64,000 bases of DNA, from NCBI GenBank assembly GCA_964393205.1, contig CAYMSV010000001.1, positions 5,841-69,840 of the forward strand. The letters are read 5' to 3'. The notes under the pieces are model-generated. The model had not been told where the DNA came from. It saw only the letters and a list, made by a program, of their open reading frames with translations, and searched no databases. Every line of letters starts with the position of its first letter. Positions within the stretch are counted from its first letter, which is position 1. Positions 38,957 to 48,559 of the stretch are shown here, piece after piece. The translations under genes were made by a program, and so were the position numbers. Source of the stretch: an uncultured Pseudomonadales bacterium (GTDB taxonomy: Bacteria; Patescibacteriota; Microgenomatia; UBA1400; PJMF01).

Positions 38957-40483
38957 ATGAAACTTTATAATACCGTTTCGCGATCTATAGAAGAATTTCA
39001 AGCTCTAGAAGATAATTTTGTTAAGTTGTACGCTTGTGGTCCGACTGTTTATGATTACACTCATCTTGGTCATCTACGCAAGTATGTTTTGGATGATGTT
39101 TTAGTAAGAACATTGCGTCACGCTGGTTATGAGGTGAAGCATGTGCAAAATATTACTGATGTTGGTCATTTGGTTAGTGATGATGATGTGGGAGAGGACA
39201 AACTAGAAAAAGGGGCTAAAAAATATGGTACTGACGCGGAAGCTTTAGCTCGTCGTTTTGAAGATTATTTTTTTTATAGTATGGATTTGCTGGGGGTCTT
39301 GCGACCGAGTCTTAGTTGCCGTGCTACTGACCATATTCAAGCTCAGTTAGAAATGGTTTTAGCATTGGAGAAAAAAGATTTAACTTATGTTATTGAGGGA
39401 GATGGTGTTTATTTTGATACTAGTAAGATTGATGATTATGGCAAGTTAATTAATCAAGATCCGCAATTAGCTAAGCAAGTTTTAACAGCTCAGCGTGAAG
39501 GTGAGCGAGTCGACAAGGTGCCGGGGCGTAAACATCCAACCGATTTTGCGCTATGGAAATTTGAGCGTCCAGGAGAAAATAGACAAATGGTTTGGTCTAG
39601 TCCTTGGCACGAACGTAGTTTTCCAGGTTGGCATATTGAGTGTAGCGCTATGTCACTTGAGCATTTAGGCGATCAAATTGATATTCACACTGGAGGAATT
39701 GACCATATTAACATCCATCACACTAATGAGATTGCTCAAACTGAAGCCGTAACTGGTAAAAAACCCTTTAGTCGTTATTGGGTGCATCACAATCATCTGT
39801 TTGTTGAGGGTCAAAAAATGAGTAAGTCTCTCAATAACTTTTATACAATAGACAATATTATTGAGCGAGGCTATTTGCCGAAGGCCTTACGCCTACTATT
39901 TTTAATGAGTCACTATCGTAGTGAACAAAACTTTACTTGGGATAGCCTGCAAGCCGCTCACAAAGCTTATTTAAAACTTGTTTATTTTGTTTTAAAATTG
40001 CGCGCTAATAAAGACAATCGAGAAATTGAGTTAAGTGATTTTCCAGGAGCCATGCAACTGCGTAGTGATTTTTTTACAGCTATGGAAAATGATTTAAAAA
40101 CAAATGAGGCTTTAACAGTATTATGGGAGTTATTAAAAAGTGATTTAGATGCTGATGTTTTGTATCGATTAATTATGGAATTTGATCAGGTTTTGGGACT
40201 TGGTTTAGCTGGGATTAGTGAGGAATATTTATTAAAATCTCTACGCCAATCTTTAAACAAAAAAATAATTGATGTAGATTTAGCTCAAAGTTTAGGTTTG
40301 GAAGCAGAAGGTTTGCGCTTGGCAGATTTGCCAGCTCAGGTGAGACATCTAGTAGAAGAGCGCCAAATTGCACGTCAAGACAAAGATTTTGCCAAAGCCG
40401 ATGAATATCGAGCACAAATTAAAGAACATGGTTTTGAACTTTTGGATATGGAAAATAACGAGCTACTGATTAGAAAAATTTAA
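38957..40483 (+). CDS. cysS: Cysteinyl-tRNA synthetase
   Basis: CGPTVY, HLGH, DFALWK, PGWHIECSAM, KMSKS. Confidence 0.98.
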   Translation: MKLYNTVSRSIEEFQALEDNFVKLYACGPTVYDYTHLGHLRKYVLDDVLVRTLRHAGYEVKHVQNITDVGHLVSDDDVGEDKLEKGAKKYGTDAEALARRFEDYFFYSMDLLGVLRPSLSCRATDHIQAQLEMVLALEKKDLTYVIEGDGVYFDTSKIDDYGKLINQDPQLAKQVLTAQREGERVDKVPGRKHPTDFALWKFERPGENRQMVWSSPWHERSFPGWHIECSAMSLEHLGDQIDIHTGGIDHINIHHTNEIAQTEAVTGKKPFSRYWVHHNHLFVEGQKMSKSLNNFYTIDNIIERGYLPKALRLLFLMSHYRSEQNFTWDSLQAAHKAYLKLVYFVLKLRANKDNREIELSDFPGAMQLRSDFFTAMENDLKTNEALTVLWELLKSDLDADVLYRLIMEFDQVLGLGLAGISEEYLLKSLRQSLNKKIIDVDLAQSLGLEAEGLRLADLPAQVRHLVEERQIARQDKDFAKADEYRAQIKEHGFELLDMENNELLIRKI

Positions 40484-40508
40484 TTTAGCGCAGCTCTTTT
40501 CATTTTTT

Positions 40509-41252
40509 TTAGCAATCTATCTTTTTTAAATCTCCGTATTCTTCTCTTATAGAAAAATATCCTTGACGAGAAATAATCAAATGATCAATCAGCTTAACTC
40601 CCATGGCTTCTGCCAGTTGAGCTAATTTTTTACTAACCAGTAAATCATTCATTGAGGGTTCTAGGTTTCCTGAAGGATGATTATGAACTAAAATGATGTT
40701 GCTAGCTTGGAGTTGAAAAGCAATTTCAAAAATTTCCCGGCCTTCTAGATAGTTAAAATTTAAACCGCCGATGGTGATGGTTTTTTTGAGTAACAATTCT
40801 TGTTGGCCATTGAGAAAAAAGGCCAAACAATATTCTTGTTTTTTGGCTTTCAAATCTGAACAATGATTAAAGACTTGAAGGGGAGAGCGCAATGGGGTGG
40901 AGTTTGATTCCAAAATACTTCTTCTGCCTAGTTCAATGGCAGCAATGATTTTTGTAGCTTGAGCGAAGGCAATTCCCGGTATGCTTTGCAGATCTTTAAG
41001 TAATTGTTGTTCTCGATTTAATTTTTTGAGAGTAAATAGTTCGTGTAATAGTTTTAGAGGAAACTTTTTTAAAATTTTTTGAGCCAAATTTAAAACTGGT
41101 AGGTTTTTATGACCACTACTTAAGATAATAGCTAATAATTCTGCATTACTTAAACTAGTTGTTCCGGAATAATGTAGTTTTTCTCTGGGGCGATAAGTAA
41201 ATATGATGCTTGGTTTTTTAGAAGACTTTAATCCAATTGATTGTTGCTGCAC
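40509..41252 (-). CDS. radC: RadC/JAB-domain protein
   Basis: PREKL, ELLAIIL, IELGRR, HNHPSG..PS..D, DHLII. Confidence 0.93.
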   Translation of the reverse strand: MQQQSIGLKSSKKPSIIFTYRPREKLHYSGTTSLSNAELLAIILSSGHKNLPVLNLAQKILKKFPLKLLHELFTLKKLNREQQLLKDLQSIPGIAFAQATKIIAAIELGRRSILESNSTPLRSPLQVFNHCSDLKAKKQEYCLAFFLNGQQELLLKKTITIGGLNFNYLEGREIFEIAFQLQASNIILVHNHPSGNLEPSMNDLLVSKKLAQLAEAMGVKLIDHLIISRQGYFSIREEYGDLKKIDC

Positions 41253-41311
41253 TATTTTAATTGTAGTGAAAGAAAATGACTTTAAGTGTGATGGAATTTT
41301 CTTGTGCTATT

Positions 41312-42478
41312 TTATCTTCGCAAGGCTTCAATCAGTAATTTGAATGTCCGAAGATTATGCAAAGTAGCTAGTCGCCAAGCACTACTATCTTTTACCTTAA
41401 AAAGGTGGTGTAAATAAGCGCGACTGATCTGATTTTTTTGACAAATTGGACAATCACAGTGTTCACTAATTGTTTTTAAATCTGTGCTGTGTTTTCCCTG
41501 TCCAATATATAGATAATCAAAAAGCTGGTCGAACTCTTTGTTGTCATCAATCTTTTTTAAATCTTTTTGAGTTAATTGCTGGGGGTCTGTTTTAAAGACA
41601 TAGAGTCGTTGATGACGAGCATCTCTAGTGGGCAAGACACAATCAAAAAATTGGTATCCCATAAAAAATAATTGCACTATGTTTTCTAAACTACCCACAC
41701 CTAGGGCAAAACGGGGGTTTTGATTGGGTGTTAAACGAGCATTAAATTGAGAAAGTTGATAATCAAATTTGCCATTGTCATCAATTGGCCAACCACCCAA
41801 ACCATAAAGATCAAAGCCGATTTCAAGTAGAGCATTAGCACAGTATTGGCGCCATTTTTGATGATTATGTCCTTGAATAGGAGCGAGAAGTAGGGGACGA
41901 GGCTCCAAGCTCTTTTTTTGTTGGAGTTGCTGATCAAATTCAGCCTTAGCACGCTCCGCCCAAGCAATGGTTCTTTTTACACTTTGCTCTAGACGTGTCT
42001 CATCTGCTTCTGGTGGGCTAAAATCATCAAGGGCAATTTTAATATCACTGCCAATAGTAAATTGTAAACGAATGGAATCTTCTGGAGTAAAAAGTTTTTT
42101 CTTTTGTTTTTTAGGTCCGGTATATAAGACCACACCTTCATCAGTAATTTTTCCCAGATTAGGATTTTTTTGAATTAGAGAAAAAAGTTGAAAACCACCT
42201 GAATCAGAAGCTAAAAAACCGGGCCAATTCATCAATTTTTTAAGACCACCAACCTCTTTTAATATTTTTTCCCCTGGTTTATTAATTAAATGGTAGGTAT
42301 TAACCATTAGCCAATCTAAGCCAATTTCTTGGAGATCGATGGGCCCTAAACTACGCACCACACCTAGAGTAGCGTCAGGCATAAACACTGGCAAGTTGGC
42401 TAGTAGCTTTTTTGAATTTTGGTAATTATCGAATTTTTCCATCAGGCCTATTTTACTTGATCTGGTATAATAATGCAT
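41312..42478 (-). CDS. tgt: tRNA-guanine transglycosylase family protein (likely start ATG 42442)
   Basis: PVFMP, NTYHL, DSGGFQ, FDCVLPTR.AR, CDCPIC..HNL zinc site. Confidence 0.9.
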   Translation of the reverse strand: MHYYTRSSKIGLMEKFDNYQNSKKLLANLPVFMPDATLGVVRSLGPIDLQEIGLDWLMVNTYHLINKPGEKILKEVGGLKKLMNWPGFLASDSGGFQLFSLIQKNPNLGKITDEGVVLYTGPKKQKKKLFTPEDSIRLQFTIGSDIKIALDDFSPPEADETRLEQSVKRTIAWAERAKAEFDQQLQQKKSLEPRPLLLAPIQGHNHQKWRQYCANALLEIGFDLYGLGGWPIDDNGKFDYQLSQFNARLTPNQNPRFALGVGSLENIVQLFFMGYQFFDCVLPTRDARHQRLYVFKTDPQQLTQKDLKKIDDNKEFDQLFDYLYIGQGKHSTDLKTISEHCDCPICQKNQISRAYLHHLFKVKDSSAWRLATLHNLRTFKLLIEALRR

Positions 42479-42511
42479 CTCAAGAAATTATTAATTAATA
42501 AGAAAGATAAA

Positions 42512-42715
42512 ATGCCTCAAAAAAAAGCAGTCAAGCGTCTTACTCGCTCCAAAACTGATAAAAAAATTGCTGGTGTAGCTGGCGGTATCGCTAACTATTT
42601 CGAAATTGATCCGGTGTTAGTGCGCTTAATTTTTGCTCTAACTTGTATTCCAGGTGGTTTTCCAGGTCTTTTGGCATACATCATTGCTTGGATTGTGATG
42701 CCTTTGGAAAAATAA
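42512..42715 (+). CDS. PspC domain protein
   Basis: LTRS..DKKIAGVAGGIANYF.IDPVLVRL...YIIAWIVMP. Confidence 0.9.
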   Translation: MPQKKAVKRLTRSKTDKKIAGVAGGIANYFEIDPVLVRLIFALTCIPGGFPGLLAYIIAWIVMPLEK

Positions 42716-42737
42716 TTTATTTTGTGAAATAAACAAG

Positions 42738-42770
42738 AAAAAGCCCCATCGTATGATGGGGCTATTTTTT
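42738..42770. terminator. Bidirectional intrinsic terminator
   Basis: AAAA-AGCCCCATC-GTAT-GATGGGGCT-ATTTTTT between convergent genes. Confidence 0.88.
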
Positions 42771-43008
42771 ACTGGCTGTTGTTTTTGTACGCAGCCCTTG
42801 CCTCCCCTAGGGAAGCCTTGGCTGCGTTCAGCTCCTCACGGAGCCGACTCACCTCTTCCTGCGCATAAAAATATGCGCAGGCCTGCTGATTGCCATTAAG
42901 ACAATCTGCAGCAGGATTCTTGCTGTTGGATGACCAAATCATTCCAATAACAAGAATTATGATAACAATTACCAGTACGATAATGACAACACGGTTTTTC
43001 TTTTCCAC
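42769..43008 (-). CDS. Small single-TM protein with coiled coil
   Basis: GTG start at 43008 after SD AAAGGAGGTGA; TM helix, C-x7-C, coiled coil. Confidence 0.7.
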   Translation of the reverse strand: MEKKNRVVIIVLVIVIIILVIGMIWSSNSKNPAADCLNGNQQACAYFYAQEEVSRLREELNAAKASLGEARAAYKNNSQ

Positions 43009-43172
43009 GTTGTCACCTCCTTTTTCCATTGCCGTTTGAATTTCCACAACTGCTTTAGCTGTGGTTCGACAATGCAGAAGTTATTTTACTATAAAACAGC
43101 AAATAATTCAATATTATAGGACAGTTTAAACTATGCCATTCTTAAATTATTTTCAATGCTACAATAACTGCC

Positions 43173-44306
43173 ATGAGTCAATTATCTATCGGCATCGTTG
43201 GTTTGCCTAATGTTGGTAAGTCAACTTTATTTAATGCCTTACTAAAAAAACAGGTAGCGTTAGCTGCTAATTATCCTTTTGCCACCATAGAACCTAATGT
43301 TGGTGTGGTAGAGGTGCCAGACGCGCGTTTGCAAACCTTGGCTGAAATTACTCAAAGCAGTGAAAAACTAGAATCTTTACCTCCAGTCAAGCATGCTTTA
43401 GTAGAGTTTGTCGATATTGCTGGCTTGGTTAAAGGAGCGTCTCAGGGTGAGGGATTGGGCAATCAATTTTTGGCCAATATTCGAGAAACTCAAGCTATTT
43501 GTCACGTTTTGCGTGCCTTTAGTGATGAAAATGTAGTGCGAGAGGGCAGTGTTTCACCGACTGAAGATTTAGCAACTATTCGTACAGAATTGCAATTAGC
43601 TGATCTTGAAACTCTCAACAAACAACGCCCTCCAAAAGGTTCAGCAAGCAAAGAAGAAAAATTGCGTTGGTCAATTATTGAAAATTTTAAAAAAACATTA
43701 GAGAGTGGCCAGAATCTTATTAATTCTGATCAAGTAGGCAGTCAAAGCGCAAAAAGTTTTACTGAAGTTGAAGCTTTAGTAGCTAAAGAATTATGCTTGC
43801 TAACTGCTAAGCCTGAAATTTTTGCAATCAATGTTGATGAAGACGCTTTGAGCAAAGCTGATGCTTTAAAAGAAGAATGGGCAAACAAACTTACCCTGTC
43901 GCAGACGCAAATAGTAATCATCTCTGCTCAAATTGAGAGCCAGTTAGCAACCCTAAGTAGTGAAGACCAAGAAGCTTATCTTGAAGATTTAGGTTTAAAG
44001 GAAAGTGGTTTAGAGCGTTTAGCTCAGGTTGCCTATGAAACTTTAAATTTACAAAGCTTTTTAACTGCAGGTGAAATTGAAGTTAAGGCTTGGACAATTA
44101 AGCGAGGTAGTAGCGCGCGTCAGGCTGCTGGCGTTATTCATGGTGATTTTTACGATAAATTTATTAGTGCCAAAATTATTAGCTTCAGTGACTTTGTTGC
44201 TCTGGGAGGTTGGCAAGCCGCCAAGATAGCTGGAAAAATTCGTCAAGAGGGCAGAGACTATATTATGCAAGATGGAGATGTAGTAGAGTTTATGGTGGGG
44301 CGCTAA
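43173..44306 (+). CDS. ychF: Redox-regulated ATPase YchF
   Basis: GLPNVGKS, YPFATIEPN, DIAGLVKGAS.GEGLGN.FL, TGS C-terminus. Confidence 0.98.
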   Translation: MSQLSIGIVGLPNVGKSTLFNALLKKQVALAANYPFATIEPNVGVVEVPDARLQTLAEITQSSEKLESLPPVKHALVEFVDIAGLVKGASQGEGLGNQFLANIRETQAICHVLRAFSDENVVREGSVSPTEDLATIRTELQLADLETLNKQRPPKGSASKEEKLRWSIIENFKKTLESGQNLINSDQVGSQSAKSFTEVEALVAKELCLLTAKPEIFAINVDEDALSKADALKEEWANKLTLSQTQIVIISAQIESQLATLSSEDQEAYLEDLGLKESGLERLAQVAYETLNLQSFLTAGEIEVKAWTIKRGSSARQAAGVIHGDFYDKFISAKIISFSDFVALGGWQAAKIAGKIRQEGRDYIMQDGDVVEFMVGR

Positions 44307-44357
44307 ACTTATTTTTGCTTGTAATTTCAAGGAATCTATACTAAAATACCCTTCAAG

Positions 44358-44420
44358 AGTTCGCTAAATTTATCAATTATCCAAGGAAAGAATTGTTTCC
44401 GACAATTTTTTTCGCGAACT
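44358..44420 (+). promoter_or_regulatory. Structured 5' leader of rpsF-ssb-rpsR (candidate S6:S18 autoregulatory RNA)
   Basis: Outer stem AGTTCGC/GCGAACT; inner hairpin GAAAGAATTGT-TTCCG-ACAATTTTTTTC. Confidence 0.4.
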
Positions 44421-44432
44421 AGAACGGAACAG

Positions 44433-44819
44433 ATGAAGTTGGTTAAAGAATCAATCAAAAGAGAATATGAGTTAACTTACCTGCTAACAGGTGATCTTTT
44501 GGACGCTGATGTAGCTAAAATTCGTAAAGAAATTGTTGACTTAATTACAAGTTTCAAGGGTAAGGTTGTTGAAGAAAATGACTGGGAGCGCAAGCTCTTG
44601 GCTTACAAAATTCGTCACGCCGGCAAAGCTCAGGTAGAAGCTATTTTTACTCATCTTATAATTGAGTTAAGTCCCAGTAAAGTTCAGAAACTAGATAAAG
44701 AAATGACTCTTCATAATCAAGTGATGCGTCATTTATTAGTTTTAAAAGAGGATGAAATCCTTGGTGATGAAAAATCTGTAAAAAGTAAAGTAGAAGATGA
44801 AGAAGAAAGTGAAGAATAA
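44433..44819 (+). CDS. rpsF: 30S ribosomal protein S6
   Basis: REYEL, W..K.LAYKI, VMRHLLV; first gene of rpsF-ssb-rpsR. Confidence 0.93.
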   Translation: MKLVKESIKREYELTYLLTGDLLDADVAKIRKEIVDLITSFKGKVVEENDWERKLLAYKIRHAGKAQVEAIFTHLIIELSPSKVQKLDKEMTLHNQVMRHLLVLKEDEILGDEKSVKSKVEDEEESEE

Positions 44820-44898
44820 AAGGTTACGGATTTTGTCAATTAAATATTAATAATAAGATGAAGTTAATGAAACAACTCTGTTACAGAGAAAGGAAAAA

Positions 44899-45420
44899 AT
44901 GTCAGTAAGATCTCTTAATAAAGTCATGCTAATTGGTAATCTTACCAGAGATCCCAATTTAAGGTTTACGCCCAATGGAGCAGCCGTTTGTTCTTTTGGT
45001 TTAGCTACCAACCGATCTTGGACTAATTCGGATAGTGGAGAAAAACAAGAACGAGTGGATTTTCACAATGTAGTTGCTTGGGGCAAATTAGCAGAAATTT
45101 GTGGACAATTGTTACACAAAGGTGACAAAACTTATGTAGAAGGAAGAATTCAAACTCGTGATTGGAAAACTGATGATGGTGCTGAACGTCGAATTACTGA
45201 AATCATCATTGATAATATGATGTTGCTCAATAGTCGAGGTGGTTACAGTCCAAGTGAAGAAGATGAAGCTGGTGAGGAAGAAGAGGGTAGTAGTGATGAT
45301 AAAAAAAGCAAAAAAGCCAATGACAAAAAAGAAGATAAAGACGAGGAAGCAGAAGACGAGAATGGTTCTGAAGGAGAGGCTGAAGAAGTAGAAGATGTCA
45401 GTGATGATATTCCTTTTTAA
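44899..45420 (+). CDS. ssb: Single-stranded DNA-binding protein
   Basis: LNKVMLIGNLTRDP, VEGRIQTR, C-terminal DDIPF. Confidence 0.98.
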   Translation: MSVRSLNKVMLIGNLTRDPNLRFTPNGAAVCSFGLATNRSWTNSDSGEKQERVDFHNVVAWGKLAEICGQLLHKGDKTYVEGRIQTRDWKTDDGAERRITEIIIDNMMLLNSRGGYSPSEEDEAGEEEEGSSDDKKSKKANDKKEDKDEEAEDENGSEGEAEEVEDVSDDIPF

Positions 45421-45443
45421 ATTAATTAAAATGAAAGTTTTTC

Positions 45444-45620
45444 ATGAATCAACAATTTACTTATAAAAAACCAGAAGCACTTCGAAAATTTATTACCCCT
45501 TTTGGTTCGATTTTACCTCGCGCTAAAACTGGTTTGAGTGCAAAAGAGCAAAAAAAGTTGACTAGAGCAATCAAAAGAGCTCGTCACCTAGCTCTTTTAC
45601 CATTTACTCAAACCTTGTGA
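45444..45620 (+). CDS. rpsR: 30S ribosomal protein S18 (58 aa, not in the ORF track)
   Basis: [58 protein letters not shown]; canonical position after ssb. Confidence 0.95.
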   Translation: MNQQFTYKKPEALRKFITPFGSILPRAKTGLSAKEQKKLTRAIKRARHLALLPFTQTL

Positions 45621-45633
45621 TATTGTGTTAATA

Positions 45634-45671
45634 CAACAAAAAAGCTAGTTTTTTAACTAGCTTTTTTGTTG
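45634..45671. terminator. Intrinsic terminator (bidirectional)
   Basis: CAACAAAAAAGCTAGTT-TTTT-AACTAGCTTTTTTGTTG, a perfect inverted repeat. Confidence 0.9.
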
Positions 45672-45684
45672 GCTTCGTTTTACA

Positions 45685-47031
45685 ATGACTTGCTGGAGAC
45701 TCATGAATAATTATCAAGTTTTAGAAGAATTGGACCATCATACAGAGAATTATATGTTTAAGCAAAAAAAAACTTCATTAAAGTTATTAACTAATTTAAT
45801 TGCTATTCTTTTAATTTTAATATTGGGAGTGATTATTGGTTATCGCTACGCCATTGGCAACTTACCCTTTGGATTAAGATTAGGCTTTTTAGATCAATTA
45901 GCTCAAACTCAAAGAAGCGAGGATTTAACTCGTTTAATGCAAAGTTCTCAACAAGCTCCGGTTTCAATGGATGTTTTTTGGGAAGTTTGGCAAATTGTTG
46001 AACGTGATTATTTAGATTCAAGCAAAATAGATTATTCTAAAATGATGGATGGGGCGATTTCTGGTATGGTTTGGGGTTTAGAAGATCCTTATACAGCTTA
46101 TTTACCTCCAGAGGATAATGAAAAGGCTGGTGAAGATCTGGCAGGTAGTTTTTATGGAACTGGCATTGAGCTTGGTTATATTGAAGGTGTGGTAGGGGTA
46201 ATTGCTCCTTTGTCTGGCAGTCCCGCTGAGAAAGCTGGTATTAGGGCTGGAGATATGATTTTGCGCGTTAAAGACGAAGCAGCTGGTTTAGATGAAGAAA
46301 CTAATACTTGGACTCTGGATAAGGCTGTTAAAAATATCCGTGGTCCAAAAGGATCGGTTATTACTTTGACTGTTTATCAGCCAGGTGACAATGATAGTCG
46401 TGAGGTGGAAATTATCCGAGATGAGATCGTTGTAGAAAGCGTTACCTTAGAATTTAAGGAATTTGAGGGTAAAACTCTAGCTCACCTCGAGCTTAGTCGT
46501 TTTGGTGATCGTACTTTGGAGGAGTGGGACAGTGCAGTGCAATCAATTTTAAGTAAATGGAATAATCGAGAAATAGCTGGTGTAGTCTTCGATTTACGCA
46601 ACAACCCCGGTGGTTATTTTGATATTTCTATCAAAGTAGCCAGCGATTTTATCCAAAAGGGAGTAATAGTTTCACAAAAGAGCAAATATAATCAAAGAGA
46701 TTTTGCAACTACTGGCAAAGCTAGGTTAGCAGAAGTTCCAACTGTAGTTTTAGTTAACAAGGGCAGTGCTAGTTCTAGTGAGATTGTAGCTGCGGCCCTT
46801 CGTGATGATCTGGGTATGAAATTAATTGGCGAGAAAACTTTTGGTAAGGGTACTGTTCAAGACAGACGAGAATTAAGTAATGGTGGTGGTTTGCACGTCA
46901 CTGTTGGTCGTTGGCTAACTCCAGCTGGTAATTGGATTGATGATGATGGTTTGACCGTTGATATCGAAGTCGAACAAAATTACGAAACAGAAGAGGATGA
47001 AGTTTTACAGAGAGCGGCTGAAGAATTTTAA
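45685..47031 (+). CDS. S41 carboxyl-terminal processing protease (start probably 45754)
   Basis: DPYT, PDZ (GSPAEKAGI), DLRNNPGG, SASSSE, TFGKG.VQ. Confidence 0.95.
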   Translation: MTCWRLMNNYQVLEELDHHTENYMFKQKKTSLKLLTNLIAILLILILGVIIGYRYAIGNLPFGLRLGFLDQLAQTQRSEDLTRLMQSSQQAPVSMDVFWEVWQIVERDYLDSSKIDYSKMMDGAISGMVWGLEDPYTAYLPPEDNEKAGEDLAGSFYGTGIELGYIEGVVGVIAPLSGSPAEKAGIRAGDMILRVKDEAAGLDEETNTWTLDKAVKNIRGPKGSVITLTVYQPGDNDSREVEIIRDEIVVESVTLEFKEFEGKTLAHLELSRFGDRTLEEWDSAVQSILSKWNNREIAGVVFDLRNNPGGYFDISIKVASDFIQKGVIVSQKSKYNQRDFATTGKARLAEVPTVVLVNKGSASSSEIVAAALRDDLGMKLIGEKTFGKGTVQDRRELSNGGGLHVTVGRWLTPAGNWIDDDGLTVDIEVEQNYETEEDEVLQRAAEEF

Positions 47032-47037
47032 AGATAC

Positions 47038-48042
47038 TTATTCTTTTAAATAAGCTCTAAATCCAGCAATGACGGTCTCAAGTTTGCCCTCTAGAACTTC
47101 ACTTAAACCGTGCCAGGATTGTTTAATCCGATGATCAGTGACTCGATTTTGAGGAAAATTGTAGGTTTTAATTTTTTCAGCTCGCATACTACGTCCAATG
47201 CTTTCTCTAGCAGAACCAATAGCTGCTTCTTTTCTTTCCTCTTCAATTTCCCAAAGCTTAGCTCTAAGTAATTCTAGGGCAATTTGGCGATTTTGCACTT
47301 GTTTACGCTCGCTTCTAGCGACTACCACTATGCCGCTGGGAATGTGAGTTAAGCGAACCGCTGAACTAGTTTTGTTAACTGATTGACCACCAGCACCACT
47401 AGCGCGCATAAATTGTAATTCTAAATCCTCGTCTTTTATTTCAATAGCTTTGGCGTGAATTTCTGGCAAAACAGCTACAGAAGCCGTAGAGGTATGTAAA
47501 CGGCCTTGAGATTCAGTGCTAGGCACACGTTGCACTCGATGTACACCAGCTTCAAAACGCAGTAGATTAAAGGCACTCAACTGCTCTGTTTCTTCAGTTT
47601 CAACTAACTCTTCAGTCTTATTTTCTTTTGTTAGTTGAAAGATGGGTAATTGAGCATTACCCTTAACTTTAAATACCAAATCATCAATTAATTCAATTTT
47701 TAAATTATGATTAAAACAGAATTTTTGATACATGCGCATTAACTCACTTGCCCATATCTTGGCTTCATCACCGCCAGCTCCAGCGCGAATTTCTATAATA
47801 GCGTTAGATTTTTTAATTTCTTGAGAAGAATTATCTTCTTGAGATTCTTGATCTTCTTGCAGTGCTGTTGCCGCTGATTCTAGAGTTTTTAGTTCTGTCT
47901 CTAGTTGATCAATTTCTTCTTGAACTAGCTTTTGCATTTTAGGGTCAGCAAAACTTGGGTCACTCAATAAATTTTGATTGTTTTTTAATTGTTCTTTGCA
48001 GCGCTCAATAGCAGCGCTGTATGGATTAAGTTGTTTTGTCAT
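47038..48042 (-). CDS. prfA: Peptide chain release factor 1
   Basis: EIRAGAGGDEA, GVHRVQRVPSTE (PxT), AGGQSVN, TYNFPQNRVTDHR. Confidence 0.95.
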   Translation of the reverse strand: MTKQLNPYSAAIERCKEQLKNNQNLLSDPSFADPKMQKLVQEEIDQLETELKTLESAATALQEDQESQEDNSSQEIKKSNAIIEIRAGAGGDEAKIWASELMRMYQKFCFNHNLKIELIDDLVFKVKGNAQLPIFQLTKENKTEELVETEETEQLSAFNLLRFEAGVHRVQRVPSTESQGRLHTSTASVAVLPEIHAKAIEIKDEDLELQFMRASGAGGQSVNKTSSAVRLTHIPSGIVVVARSERKQVQNRQIALELLRAKLWEIEEERKEAAIGSARESIGRSMRAEKIKTYNFPQNRVTDHRIKQSWHGLSEVLEGKLETVIAGFRAYLKE

Positions 48043-48117
48043 AACTGTGTATTTTTCATTATACCCAATAATAGCCTTCTTTAAGAAGGGCTTTCGTTTA
48101 AATTGAGAAGGGGAGAG

Positions 48118-48525
48118 CTAACTCTTTTTGTCAGTTGCTGTTGGTTTATCAGCTTTTACTGTTTTTTGATCAGCGCTAGCTTCTTTGTCTTTAACAGTTA
48201 CTGATTTTTTTAGATTTTTGATAGCTTGCTGCTGTTCTTGAAGAATTTGTTTGTAAGATTTAACAGGAGCATTTGTTTTTTGAGTAGCTTTTTTGGCAGT
48301 TTTTTTAGCCTTAGCGAGAGCTTCAGCAGTAGCTCGCTTTTTAATAAATTTATCAACTCGACCCTGACGATCAACAAATTTCATTTCACCAGTAAAAAAA
48401 GGATGACAAGCGCTACAAATATCTACGCTTAGCGTCTTATTCATTGATCCAGTAACGAAACTGTTTCCACAGCTACAAGTTACTACACAATCGTGGTGCC
48501 AATCTGGATGTATACCTTGTTTCAT
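48118..48525 (-). CDS. rpmE: 50S ribosomal protein L31 (Zn type) with Lys-rich C-terminal extension
   Basis: [27 protein letters not shown]. Confidence 0.97.
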   Translation of the reverse strand: MKQGIHPDWHHDCVVTCSCGNSFVTGSMNKTLSVDICSACHPFFTGEMKFVDRQGRVDKFIKKRATAEALAKAKKTAKKATQKTNAPVKSYKQILQEQQQAIKNLKKSVTVKDKEASADQKTVKADKPTATDKKS

Positions 48526-48559
48526 AACGAACAGTGATTATAACATAAAAAATTGAGTG

